Part shown: in pieces, positions 34,748 to 43,875 of the stretch
How positions within the stretch are numbered: position 1 is the stretch's first letter
Layout: every line of letters starts with the position of its first letter
From: Dehalococcoidia bacterium
Lineage (GTDB): Bacteria; Chloroflexota; Dehalococcoidia; Lucifugimonadales; JADFKI01
Assembly (NCBI GenBank): GCA_965204855.1
Contig: OZ242018.1
Span: 1,109,135 to 1,173,134 of the forward strand
DNA length: 64,000 bases
Direction: 5' to 3'
The notes under the pieces: model-generated
Told to the model about the DNA's origin: nothing
What the model saw: only the letters and a program-made list of their open reading frames with translations
The model's database searches: none
Program-made: the position numbers and the translations under genes

Positions 34748-35806
34748 AAGGTCTGACGGGCTGACGGGGCGCTCTTCATCGGCGGCCTTGTAAACCGCCA
34801 TTGCCATCTGCATGGTGTGTCGGGAGAAGTCGATGTCCATGTCGGGCTGCTCGTCGTTCAGGATGCAGTCTATGAACTGCCGGGCTGCGCCGCTGAATCC
34901 CTCTATCCAGTCCATCGGCACCTGTATGCCGGTCGTCTCCGTGCCCTTGACGACCATCACCGGCGGCAAGTCTAGCATCTCGCCTGTGCAGCGCGTTACC
35001 CATATTGCGCCTTTGCTTCCCTGTATCTCAAAGAACTCGTCGGCGGGATAGTACCTGCCGCGTATCTCCATCTCAGGCGCTGAGGAGTATTCGAGCACGC
35101 CGAGGCAGTTCCTGTCCTTGAACTTCCATATCGCCGCGCTGGGGGTTTCGTCGAGATAGTCGTCGGAGCGGGAAACGATGCTCTGGACGCTTTCGACTTC
35201 GCCGATCCAGCTTATGGCGGTAGCGTACTTGTGCCATCCGTCGTCGTAGAGCATCCCGCCGGCGTGGAGGGTCGGATCGCGCCGCCAAACATAGGCGCCG
35301 GGCATCGTTTCAATCTGTGACCGGTCTGCTAGCTTGCCGCGCACCGTCCTGATGCGGACCATCGACGGCTCGCCGATGACGCCAGCGTCCAAGAGTTCCT
35401 TCGCCTTCACAATTGGCGGGTAGTACAGAAAGTTCTCAGTGGTGCGGTATTTGGTGGATGCTCCTAGAAGGGCGGCTTCGATAGTGTCGATTTCGGCGAC
35501 GGTCGATGATATGGGCTTCTGGCAGGATACATGCTTGCCCGCGTTCAAGCCGTCAATAATCTGCTGCGGATGCAGATGCGTTGGCGTGAGCAACTCGACC
35601 GCATCTACGTTGGAATCGTTCAGCAGGTCTTCGAAGCTCTCGTGGATTCGAGGGGTTATGCCCCACTGACGCGCGCGCTGCTCGGCGCGTTCAGTCTGCG
35701 GGTCGAAGAGCGCGGTAACTTCGCAATTCTCATGTGTCAGATAGCCGGGCGCGTTGAGCTGGGATATGGTGCCGCATCCCACGATTGCCATTCTTACCTT
35801 GTCCAA
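34742..35806 (-). CDS. Gfo/Idh/MocA-family NAD(P)-dependent oxidoreductase
   Basis: MAIVGCGTISQLNAPGYL Rossmann N-terminus and family-typical C-terminal alpha/beta domain. Confidence 0.9.
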   Translation of the reverse strand: MDKVRMAIVGCGTISQLNAPGYLTHENCEVTALFDPQTERAEQRARQWGITPRIHESFEDLLNDSNVDAVELLTPTHLHPQQIIDGLNAGKHVSCQKPISSTVAEIDTIEAALLGASTKYRTTENFLYYPPIVKAKELLDAGVIGEPSMVRIRTVRGKLADRSQIETMPGAYVWRRDPTLHAGGMLYDDGWHKYATAISWIGEVESVQSIVSRSDDYLDETPSAAIWKFKDRNCLGVLEYSSAPEMEIRGRYYPADEFFEIQGSKGAIWVTRCTGEMLDLPPVMVVKGTETTGIQVPMDWIEGFSGAARQFIDCILNDEQPDMDIDFSRHTMQMAMAVYKAADEERPVSPSDLS

Positions 35807-35909
35807 CTGCCGCCTCCTGCTTGAGCAATTCGTAATCCCTGAGCACGGATAATGTCATTTCGTAGGATACCATTTGCAGTGAAGTTTGGCATTAGGGAAG
35901 CAAATCATT

Positions 35910-35950
35910 TCACCCCCATCCTAACCTTCCCCCATCGAGGTGGAAGGGAC
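35910..35950 (+). repeat. family-A hairpin repeat, copy 6 (forward)
   Basis: tcacccccatcctaaccttcccccatcgaggtggaagggac. Confidence 0.9.
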
Positions 35951-36008
35951 AAAGAGGGAATCGAAATTGACACAACCGCGCTGATGCGGCAAAATCCAAG
36001 CGTCTTTC

Positions 36009-36024
36009 GGGCGACCGGTCGCCC
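36009..36024. promoter_or_regulatory. perfect 16-bp palindrome GGGCGACCGGTCGCCC in a divergent promoter region
   Basis: Read directly; 37 nt upstream of the aminotransferase ATG. Confidence 0.4.
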
Positions 36025-36060
36025 TCACCATTCCTAGCATTGCAATATGAAAGTTGAGCC

Positions 36061-37242
36061 ATGGCAGTATCGCAAAAAATTCGCAGCTTTATGGAGCAGG
36101 GATCTTGGATTCGCAGGATGTTCGAGGAGGGCATCGAGCTGAAGCGGCAATACGGCGATGAGAATGTCTTCGACCTTTCGCTTGGGAATCCGGTGATGCA
36201 GCCACCTTCGGAATTCTTCGAGGAACTGAGGCGCATTGCGAATGATCCCGCGCCCGGCATACATCGCTATATGCCGAACGCCGGCTACGCCGAGACACGC
36301 GGCGCTGTGGCGGCGCAGTTGTCGAGCGAGACGGGGCTGGAATTCGGAGCGGACGACATTGTTATGACCTGCGGAGCGGGCGGCGCGCTCAATGTCGTGC
36401 TGAAGACATTGCTCGATCCCGGCGACGAGGTCATCATCTTCGCGCCGTTCTTCGTGGAGTATCACTTCTACGCGGATAATCATGGCGGCTCGTGTCGTGT
36501 CGTGCCTCCGGACGAAAACTTTCTGCCGGACATGGACGCTCTGCGAGATGCCTTCAATGAGCGGACGAAGGTTGTCTTAATCAACTCGCCGAACAACCCG
36601 ACGGGAGTGCTGTACAGCGCCGAACTGCTTGACGAGATGTGCGCCCTTATCAGGGAAGCGGAGGCGGAGCATGGGCGCGAGATTTTTCTCGTGAGTGACG
36701 AGCCGTACCGAAGGCTGCTGTTCGACGGGTTGGAGTACCCGCATATCTTCCATCATCACGAGCGCAGCATCGTCGCCACATCGCACTCCAAGGACCTGGC
36801 GCTCCCCGGCGAACGCATCGGATACATCGCCGCCCATCCCGAGTATGATGATAAGGTTGAATTGATGGACGGGCTGGTGTTCTGTAACCGGACGCTTGGG
36901 TTCGTGAATGCCCCGGCACTGATGCAGCATATCGTCAGGGCGCTGCAATCCGCGAGCGTGGATGTGGCGGAGTATCAGAGAAAGCGCGATTTCCTATACG
37001 ACAGCCTCACTCAGATGGGGTACAGCTTAGTGAAGCCGCAAGGGGCGTTCTACATGTTCCCGGCTTCTCCCACGTCGGACGATGTGGAGTTCGTAGCGGC
37101 GCTCCAGGAGCACAAGGTGCTTGTGGTCCCGGGAAGGGGATTCGGGCTGCCGGGCTACTTCCGCATATCATACTGCTTGGACGACGACACCCTAGAGGGC
37201 GCGCTGCCGGGATTCGAGGCGGCGATAGAGGCGTATCGCTAG
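36061..37242 (+). CDS. class I/II PLP-dependent aminotransferase (AspC/AlaA-like)
   Basis: NSPNNPTG and PLP-lysine context SHSKDLALPGERIGY. Confidence 0.9.
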   Translation: MAVSQKIRSFMEQGSWIRRMFEEGIELKRQYGDENVFDLSLGNPVMQPPSEFFEELRRIANDPAPGIHRYMPNAGYAETRGAVAAQLSSETGLEFGADDIVMTCGAGGALNVVLKTLLDPGDEVIIFAPFFVEYHFYADNHGGSCRVVPPDENFLPDMDALRDAFNERTKVVLINSPNNPTGVLYSAELLDEMCALIREAEAEHGREIFLVSDEPYRRLLFDGLEYPHIFHHHERSIVATSHSKDLALPGERIGYIAAHPEYDDKVELMDGLVFCNRTLGFVNAPALMQHIVRALQSASVDVAEYQRKRDFLYDSLTQMGYSLVKPQGAFYMFPASPTSDDVEFVAALQEHKVLVVPGRGFGLPGYFRISYCLDDDTLEGALPGFEAAIEAYR

Positions 37243-38348
37243 ATTTGCACGGGTGGAATGGCGTCTTTCAGTCCGAAGCCCGTGGCGGTGACCAGAATCG
37301 AGTCTTCGCGCCGGATTTTACCGTCTGTGATGAGCGCCTCCACGCCCGCGAACGCTGCCGCAGAGGTCGGTTCGACGAAGACACCTTCCTGCTCTGCGAG
37401 CGTGCGCTGCCAGAGCAGAATGTCCTTTTCCTCGACGGCGACCGCCGAGCCGCCGGTGTCGCGCAGCACCCGGAGACACTGGCGCAGTCTGGGCGGATTG
37501 GCGACGGCAATACCTCCGGCTATGGTGCTTCGGACGGCTGGCGCGGGTCGGCTGTCATCAGTGAACGCTGACACCAATGGCATTACGGCGCTTGCCTGAA
37601 TGGCGTGCAGCTTGGGGATGGCGTCTATACGTCCTCCTTGCAGCATCTCTCGAAAGCCTCGATGCGCGCCAATAAGCAGCGAGCCGTTGCCGACCGGGAT
37701 AACTATGTGCTGTGGCTGGTCTCCATCAAACTGCTCCGCAATCTCATAGGCGAAGGTCTTAGTGCCTTCCGTGAAGAATGGGCTGAGATTGTGGGAGGCA
37801 TAGACCAGGGCATTGCGCTCGGCGAATTCAGTCGCCGCATCCGTTACGGCTTGGCGGTCGCCCTCAATGAGGTGGGCTTGTGCGCCATAGACGGCAATCT
37901 GTTCGAGCTTGGCTGCCGGAGCGCTCGCGGGCGCGAATATGTGCGCTCGTATGCCGGCGCGCGCGGCGTAGGCTGCGACCGAAGCGCCCGCGTTACCGGA
38001 GGAGTCTTCGACGACTTCCCTGACCCCCAGCTCAGCGGCGACACTCATCATTACGGCTGTGCCTCTGTCCTTGAAGGAGCCGGTCGGGTTCATTCCCTCC
38101 AGCTTGGCGTATATCACTCCTACGCCGAGACGCTTTGCTACATTTTGGAGAGATACCGAGGGCGTGTTGCCTTCGCCTAAGGTGATGGCTTCTCCCGGTC
38201 GCCGTAATGGCACCGGAATGGCGGCTGTGCCGTCAATTGCACCGTACGCCACATCGAGAACGGCGTCGCATTCAACGCAGTAGAGCGCTGACATGTCAGC
38301 CTCATATTGAGCGCCGCATTCCGAGCATTGGAGACTGATGAGGGACAA
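37239..38348 (-). CDS. thrC: threonine synthase (short form with N-terminal zinc ribbon)
   Basis: CSECGAQYE...CVECD ribbon and PLP-lysine motif NPTGSFKDRG. Confidence 0.85.
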   Translation of the reverse strand: MSLISLQCSECGAQYEADMSALYCVECDAVLDVAYGAIDGTAAIPVPLRRPGEAITLGEGNTPSVSLQNVAKRLGVGVIYAKLEGMNPTGSFKDRGTAVMMSVAAELGVREVVEDSSGNAGASVAAYAARAGIRAHIFAPASAPAAKLEQIAVYGAQAHLIEGDRQAVTDAATEFAERNALVYASHNLSPFFTEGTKTFAYEIAEQFDGDQPQHIVIPVGNGSLLIGAHRGFREMLQGGRIDAIPKLHAIQASAVMPLVSAFTDDSRPAPAVRSTIAGGIAVANPPRLRQCLRVLRDTGGSAVAVEEKDILLWQRTLAEQEGVFVEPTSAAAFAGVEALITDGKIRREDSILVTATGFGLKDAIPPVQI

Positions 38349-38475
38349 TGTAGAATACCCCGCTTTGGTGCCCGAGTGTTCCTGATTGAAGTGAAGTGAT
38401 GCTAGTCGTGTGGCGCGGCGCTGTCAATGTATTGCGCCTGGTGGTCAGAGGATGTCGGTCGCCAGTGATGACGTT

Positions 38476-38484
38476 TGATATAAT
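38476..38484 (+). promoter_or_regulatory. extended -10 promoter element TGATATAAT
   Basis: TGnTATAAT match. First ATG (38499) is 14 nt downstream with no Shine-Dalgarno site. Confidence 0.5.
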
Positions 38485-38498
38485 TGTACATTGAAGCC

Positions 38499-39437
38499 AT
38501 GACCGACACTATACGAACTCATCCAATGCTCAGGCGACTCAAGACAGTTGGCCGCTACCGCACGCGCACTTTCGTGAACAAGTTGCGGCGCGTCACCGCG
38601 CTCAGGCTCATCGCGCGCACGCTGCAGGAGATGTCGGACGACGACGCCACGCACATGGCTGCGGCTATCTCGTACTACGCGCTGATTTCTCTATTCCCAC
38701 TCATTCTGGGCCTTATCGCCATCGCATCGTTCCTGATTGATGACGCCGCCACGCATAAGCAAATCACGGAGTGGGTGACGAGCTTCCTTCCCGGTTCCGA
38801 GGAGTTCGTCAATCAGCAGATAGAGAGCTTGCTGAGCTTACGCGGCACAATAGGAGCGTTCGCCATCGTAAGCCTGCTATGGTCGGGCAGCGCGGTGTTC
38901 GGCGGAATCACGCGCTCAATCAACCGTGCTTGGGATGTGCATCAGGACAGACCGCTGCACATCAGCAAGGCGCGTCAGTTGCTTATGGCGCTGCTGACCG
39001 GTTTCCTGTTCCTGTCATCCACAACCATTACCACATTTCTCAGGGCATACGAACGCTTCGCAACTGAGGACTTCCCCTATGCGAGCATGTTCCTCGATAC
39101 CAACAGCGTAGCGATACTGCAAGCAAGTTCGTTCGCGCTTGTATTTGCGGTGTTTCTGCTGCTGTACAAGTATGTGCCGAACACAAAGACTTACTGGCAG
39201 TACATCTGGGTTGGCGCACTTGTCGCCGCCGTGCTTTTCGAAATAACCAAGAACCTGTTCATCGTGTACCTTCATAGCTTCGCCAACTTCAGGTCCTTGT
39301 ACGGCGCGCTCGCCCCGGTCATCGCGCTGATGTTTTGGGCGTACTTGAGTGGGCTTATCCTGATTTTGGGAGCCGAGCTGAGCTCGGAGTATGGGCGCAT
39401 CAAGCGGGGGGCCGCGCGGGGCGTGCTACTGCATTGA
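38499..39437 (+). CDS. YihY/BrkB-family membrane protein
   Basis: AAAISYYALISLFPLILGL and ALMFWAYLSGLILILGAEL are family hallmarks. The ORF-track TTG 38484 overlaps the -10 box. Confidence 0.85.
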   Translation: MTDTIRTHPMLRRLKTVGRYRTRTFVNKLRRVTALRLIARTLQEMSDDDATHMAAAISYYALISLFPLILGLIAIASFLIDDAATHKQITEWVTSFLPGSEEFVNQQIESLLSLRGTIGAFAIVSLLWSGSAVFGGITRSINRAWDVHQDRPLHISKARQLLMALLTGFLFLSSTTITTFLRAYERFATEDFPYASMFLDTNSVAILQASSFALVFAVFLLLYKYVPNTKTYWQYIWVGALVAAVLFEITKNLFIVYLHSFANFRSLYGALAPVIALMFWAYLSGLILILGAELSSEYGRIKRGAARGVLLH

Positions 39438-39520
39438 TGTCGCTCAAGCGTCTTTGCCCTTAGTACCGCTGCCCTGACTTATGCTTGTGCTGACCGCCGT
39501 AAGGTCTGTACACTTGCGCC

Positions 39521-40858
39521 ATGCGAATTCCCGTTGACACTATACGCTCGCCCGCCGATGTCGTGGGCATGGTGCGCGGCGTGTTCTACGGCTGGTGGCT
39601 GGTTGGCATCTCTGTCGTGCTGCTGACGCTGATGGCCCTGTCGGTGTTCCAGGGGCTCGGCACATTTCTGGTGGCGTTGCAGCGGGAGTTCGGCTGGAGC
39701 CGCACCGTGCTATCGGGCGCATTCTCGCTGTCGCGCGCGCAGGGCGCCGTCATTGGCCCTATCGAGGGCTGGCTTATCGACAAGGTGGGCAACCGCCGCA
39801 TGATACTGTTCGGCTACCTGCTGATGGCGTTTGGCTTCCTGATGTTCTCCCAGGTGGGCAACAGCGCGTTCTGGGACATAGGAGTGTTCAGGCTGGAAAG
39901 CGGCGTCTGGCAATTCTATCTCGCGTTCATCACTATCAGCTTGGGGTCCGGCGTGGGCGGCTGGCTGGCAATCATGGCGCTTTTGAACAACTGGTTCGTG
40001 CGGCAGCGCTCGCTTGCTATTGCCACTTCTATGTCGGGCATTCACCTGGGTGGGCTGCTGGTGCCGGTGCTTGCGCTTGGAATCGAATTGTACGGATTCC
40101 GATTGACGACCTTTGGCATTGCCATCTTCCTGGCCGCTCTGATTATGCCGGTATTCACCTTATTGCGCGACAGGCCCGAAGATATGGGGCTGCTGCCCGA
40201 CGGCGGGCGTTCCGGTTCGAGGCGCCCTTCCGAAAGAAGCACAGCGCAGAACACGCCAGCCGATGACGACGAGCCGGAGTTCACGGCGATGCAGGCGCTC
40301 AGGACGCGCGCATTCTGGATCCTGACGATTGTTCACATGTCATCCAGCGTGTCGATCGTAACTCTGGCGCTGCATCTCGCGCCTAAGCTGACGGATATGG
40401 GGATGTCACTCAGCGGCGCGGGCACCATCGTTCTGATTTACACGATTCTTGCGCTGCCGACTCAGTTCGTCGCAGGGTGGCTCGCCGACAGGATGCCCAA
40501 GCCGCCACTAATCTTCTTCTTCATATTCTTGCAGGGTATCGCAATCATGCTGGTGGCGGTGACGGACCAGATATACATGGCGCTTATTTTCGCCATCATG
40601 TATGGCATCGGGTTCGGCGGTCGCATTCCCCTGCTGACGTCCATTCGGGGGGAGTATTTCGGGCGCAAGGCGTTCGCCACCATCATGGGACTCTCGCAGA
40701 TGCCGAACAATATATGCATGATATTCGCGCCGCTGTTTGCCGGCTTCATGTTCGATACTACGGGTACGTACTTCATACCGTTCGCGTTCTTTGGCTTGCT
40801 CAATGTGCTTGGCGCGTTCCTGATGCTCACGGTCAAGCGTCCGGAAATGGAAAACTAA
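39521..40858 (+). CDS. MFS transporter
   Basis: 12 hydrophobic segments in two halves separated by a charged loop (RDRPEDMGLLPDGGRSGSRRP). Start could be ATG 39569. Confidence 0.85.
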   Translation: MRIPVDTIRSPADVVGMVRGVFYGWWLVGISVVLLTLMALSVFQGLGTFLVALQREFGWSRTVLSGAFSLSRAQGAVIGPIEGWLIDKVGNRRMILFGYLLMAFGFLMFSQVGNSAFWDIGVFRLESGVWQFYLAFITISLGSGVGGWLAIMALLNNWFVRQRSLAIATSMSGIHLGGLLVPVLALGIELYGFRLTTFGIAIFLAALIMPVFTLLRDRPEDMGLLPDGGRSGSRRPSERSTAQNTPADDDEPEFTAMQALRTRAFWILTIVHMSSSVSIVTLALHLAPKLTDMGMSLSGAGTIVLIYTILALPTQFVAGWLADRMPKPPLIFFFIFLQGIAIMLVAVTDQIYMALIFAIMYGIGFGGRIPLLTSIRGEYFGRKAFATIMGLSQMPNNICMIFAPLFAGFMFDTTGTYFIPFAFFGLLNVLGAFLMLTVKRPEMEN

Positions 40859-40882
40859 CAGGATGTACAGGATGGATAGGGT
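40856..40882 (+). repeat. family-B cassette spanning exactly from TAA stop (MFS) to the ATG of the next gene
   Basis: taacaggatgtacaggatggatagggt followed by ATG 40883. Confidence 0.9.
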
Positions 40883-41590
40883 ATGGAGGTTCTAGGACGC
40901 AGATTGCCGTCGCCATTCGACGAGTTCTGGGAGCGGTTTGGGGCGGAAGTCCCGGTTTCGGTTGAGCACATAGAGGCGGGGCATAGCGTTGTATTCGGCG
41001 ACCAGGGAACCGACCTGAGCGCGCCGAATCTGCCGGCCTGGGCAGAGCTGCCAGATGACGACCTTGCGTATCATGTGGCGCACGAGTTGTTTCACATCGT
41101 GCAGAGACAGCGGGGCTATCCGAAGACCGTCAGGGGACGGCAGTATCCGCCGAACTCGGTGGAAGCGCGCATTGGAGCCGACCTCGAAGAAATGATACTG
41201 CATCCACCGCTGGAGGAATTGCTGCGCGATGAAATGGGCTTCACGAATGACTTCATTCGCGAGCGTATGCTTCGAGGAGCGCTTCACGGTGTCGCCAGCA
41301 GCCCGGTGCCGGAGTACGGTACGCCGTGGTTCACGACGTGGGCGATCAGGTACTGCGAGCTGCAAATCACCCTCGATAGGGACGAATGGACTCAGTTGCA
41401 GGTTGTGTTCACGGAACGCAGTCCCCAAGTGGCGCGACTGGGTGAAGAAATGACAGAGATAATGAACGAAGTGGGCTGGGGCACTCGCGAACAAGCACTA
41501 CGGTCGCTTGTGGGTGTGCGAGACTCGCTTGGCTTGCAGGTGAACCAGATTGTGCTGGTGATGGACCCGTTGTCCGGCGAGATGCTCTGA
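40883..41590 (+). CDS. hypothetical protein with HExxH motif (putative zinc metallopeptidase)
   Basis: AYHVAHELFHIVQRQRG. No other domain recognised. Confidence 0.5.
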   Translation: MEVLGRRLPSPFDEFWERFGAEVPVSVEHIEAGHSVVFGDQGTDLSAPNLPAWAELPDDDLAYHVAHELFHIVQRQRGYPKTVRGRQYPPNSVEARIGADLEEMILHPPLEELLRDEMGFTNDFIRERMLRGALHGVASSPVPEYGTPWFTTWAIRYCELQITLDRDEWTQLQVVFTERSPQVARLGEEMTEIMNEVGWGTREQALRSLVGVRDSLGLQVNQIVLVMDPLSGEML

Positions 41591-41598
41591 CGAGGACT

Positions 41599-41625
41599 GA
41601 CATCGATAGACAGGATGCATAGGAT
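41599..41625 (+). repeat. family-B repeat copy (forward)
   Basis: gacatcgatagacaggatgcataggat. Confidence 0.7.
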
Positions 41626-41937
41626 TTAGCGACAGAGATTTTCTTGGATATGGTTGTGGTAGTCGCCGGTAATCAGACCGGAGGGGAAGATCTGCGCTTC
41701 CATATCCTCGATGGCGAAAGTCCAGTGGTCTATCGTGGGCATCGCCTCCGCCGCTTCAATACTGCGCAGTATGGCAGGAATGCGAGACTTCTTGTGGGCG
41801 CACATGTCGCGCACTTCGGAGTCAAAGACGGCGCGCGCCTCTATCTCGGAGAAGTCAGTGGACACATTGGGGGTAAGTTCAAGGCAGGCTGCCAGCAGAA
41901 AAAGCAGCAACAGGAAAGGCAGGAGAGCTTTTTTCAT
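41626..41937 (-). CDS. small lipoprotein, unknown function
   Basis: MKKALLPFLLLLFLLAAC signal peptide with lipobox. Confidence 0.6.
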   Translation of the reverse strand: MKKALLPFLLLLFLLAACLELTPNVSTDFSEIEARAVFDSEVRDMCAHKKSRIPAILRSIEAAEAMPTIDHWTFAIEDMEAQIFPSGLITGDYHNHIQENLCR

Positions 41938-41972
41938 GGCGCGTATTGTATCACGGAGGCACGGACAGGGGC

Positions 41973-42007
41973 TAACAGGATAGATCGGATTAGAGAGAAT
42001 GGATTAG
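41973..42007 (+). repeat. family-B repeat copy (forward, degenerate)
   Basis: taacaggatagatcggattagagagaatggattag. Confidence 0.55.
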
Positions 42008-42095
42008 CGCTGTGGATTACGGTGTTGACAAGGGGATTATATTAACAAAGTGAAATTGCTTCTCTCCGGCCGAATGAGACAAGAGGATACAAGCA

Positions 42096-43838
42096 ATGAC
42101 TGAGTATTATCGGACTGTTTTCACGATTGACGGAGAGGAGAGGCGTGGGCTAACGCTGTTGAGTGAGGTGGAGGCAGTGTTACGCAAGTGGACAACAGAG
42201 CGATTTGACGAACCTGTGGATGGCTACGGCGAATGGCGGAACGAAAGGGAAACTCTGCGACTCGACGGAGGTGAACTTGGCGAAACTGGGTTCTTCGGGC
42301 TGTCATCGACGCTTACGAACGGGTGGAAGCTAGACTTTGGACTTGCTACCAAAGGCGGGAGCGTTGAGGCTGATGTGCAAGTGCAGGAAATTGCAGATGT
42401 GGCAGACTCTTCAAATGGGAACCTACGAGCAGGTCCACCTCGAATGTTATCCGCTGTGATGGAAGAGTTCCGATGCGACTATGAAGGTGAGAGGCTTACG
42501 CCCGAGCCTACTTACATAAACTTGCAAGATGCGGATTCGTTTGTACGAGACGATATATTCAAGCCAGACCGCAAATTGCCTCTGATTGTGGTTACTGAAA
42601 CTCACCGAGGCAAGACACTGGTCAATCCTTTCCATCTGCAATCACGCCTGATGGGTCTCGCAAAGGTCGTCACTTACGATGACGCCACTACAAGAAAAGT
42701 GAATAGTCATCTAGGAAAACTAGAATGTTACCTTGGGGCTGTACGCATATATCTGCCCGACTGCTCACTCGAATCTTCTCCGTGGGAACACAAACTCTGG
42801 CTCCCTAAAGATGTGGAAAGTGACATTTGGACTGAGATAAGAAATATATGCATGCAGCATTCTCGCTTCCTGTTCAGATATAGGATGTATCGGGAAGTGT
42901 CAGCGAATGTTCGGCAACGCGAAAACGAGCGCAACAAGATAGACGCAGATAATTACAAGCGTGAAGCGCAGGCCTATAGAGAAAGGCTGCAACACAGACA
43001 AGCAGATGAGGACACATACGAAGAACTGTTGGATTTGAGTGCGAACGAAACAAGTACTTACAAACAATTGTTTGAAGTGTCTGAAAACGAAAACTCTAGA
43101 CTGAATAAGGAATTGGAAGAGAAAGATTTTGTCATTTTGGAGTTGGAAGAACAGATAAAGCAACTCCAAGACGATGACGCGACGGCGGAAGATGTGGGCG
43201 AAGGCGAAAGTTCTGTGAGCAGAGGACGATATGAAAAAGTCCTGAACCAAGCTAAGGGACACAAATATCGAGCTGATAAAGCTGAGGATGAAAACCGGAT
43301 TCTGAAGGAACAACTCCAAAATCTGCACGATGCTGGACAGCGACCGCATTCAGATAAGGGTCGTCTTGAAGTCAGAGCTCGTTCAAAGCAGACACTTTCG
43401 TCCGTCGCCGAGGCGGTTCAGAACGCCGAAGAAAAAATGAAAGGCTTGCGCTTCTTGCCGAATGCCGTCGTCACGGCGAAATCCAACTATACTAAGAATC
43501 ACGACGACAAGGCGGTTGCGTTTTATAGGACTTTTGGCGTATTGAACGAATGTGCGGGCCTTCGCGCAAAGGGTCCGCTTGACCAAACTACGACTAAGTG
43601 GCTTGAAGGCAGAAATGTGGAGTTCTCCGATGAATCGGAGGATACCAAGAGACGCCCAAACTGCACAAAGGCACGCACTTTTGATGACCCAGAGAGTGGG
43701 CGATCTATCCTGATGACGCAGCATGTAAAATTGCTGAATAACGACATCCGGATTCACTTATGGTGGGAAGATACTGAAAACAAGTGGCTGATAGGCCACA
43801 TCGGTGAACACTTGCCGACTTCATCAGACCCTCACTGA
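42096..43838 (+). CDS. 580-aa hypothetical protein: ~270-aa N-domain, ~130-aa charged coiled coil, ~170-aa C-domain; low-GC gene
   Basis: Single uninterrupted ORF, AAGAGGA upstream of the ATG. Heptad-like ENERNKIDADNYKREAQAYRERLQ...LELEEQIKQLQ. No family recognised by eye. Confidence 0.7.
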   Translation: MTEYYRTVFTIDGEERRGLTLLSEVEAVLRKWTTERFDEPVDGYGEWRNERETLRLDGGELGETGFFGLSSTLTNGWKLDFGLATKGGSVEADVQVQEIADVADSSNGNLRAGPPRMLSAVMEEFRCDYEGERLTPEPTYINLQDADSFVRDDIFKPDRKLPLIVVTETHRGKTLVNPFHLQSRLMGLAKVVTYDDATTRKVNSHLGKLECYLGAVRIYLPDCSLESSPWEHKLWLPKDVESDIWTEIRNICMQHSRFLFRYRMYREVSANVRQRENERNKIDADNYKREAQAYRERLQHRQADEDTYEELLDLSANETSTYKQLFEVSENENSRLNKELEEKDFVILELEEQIKQLQDDDATAEDVGEGESSVSRGRYEKVLNQAKGHKYRADKAEDENRILKEQLQNLHDAGQRPHSDKGRLEVRARSKQTLSSVAEAVQNAEEKMKGLRFLPNAVVTAKSNYTKNHDDKAVAFYRTFGVLNECAGLRAKGPLDQTTTKWLEGRNVEFSDESEDTKRRPNCTKARTFDDPESGRSILMTQHVKLLNNDIRIHLWWEDTENKWLIGHIGEHLPTSSDPH

Positions 43839-43875
43839 GAAACAAGGATCACATCTATATCGAGGAGCGAAAGCA

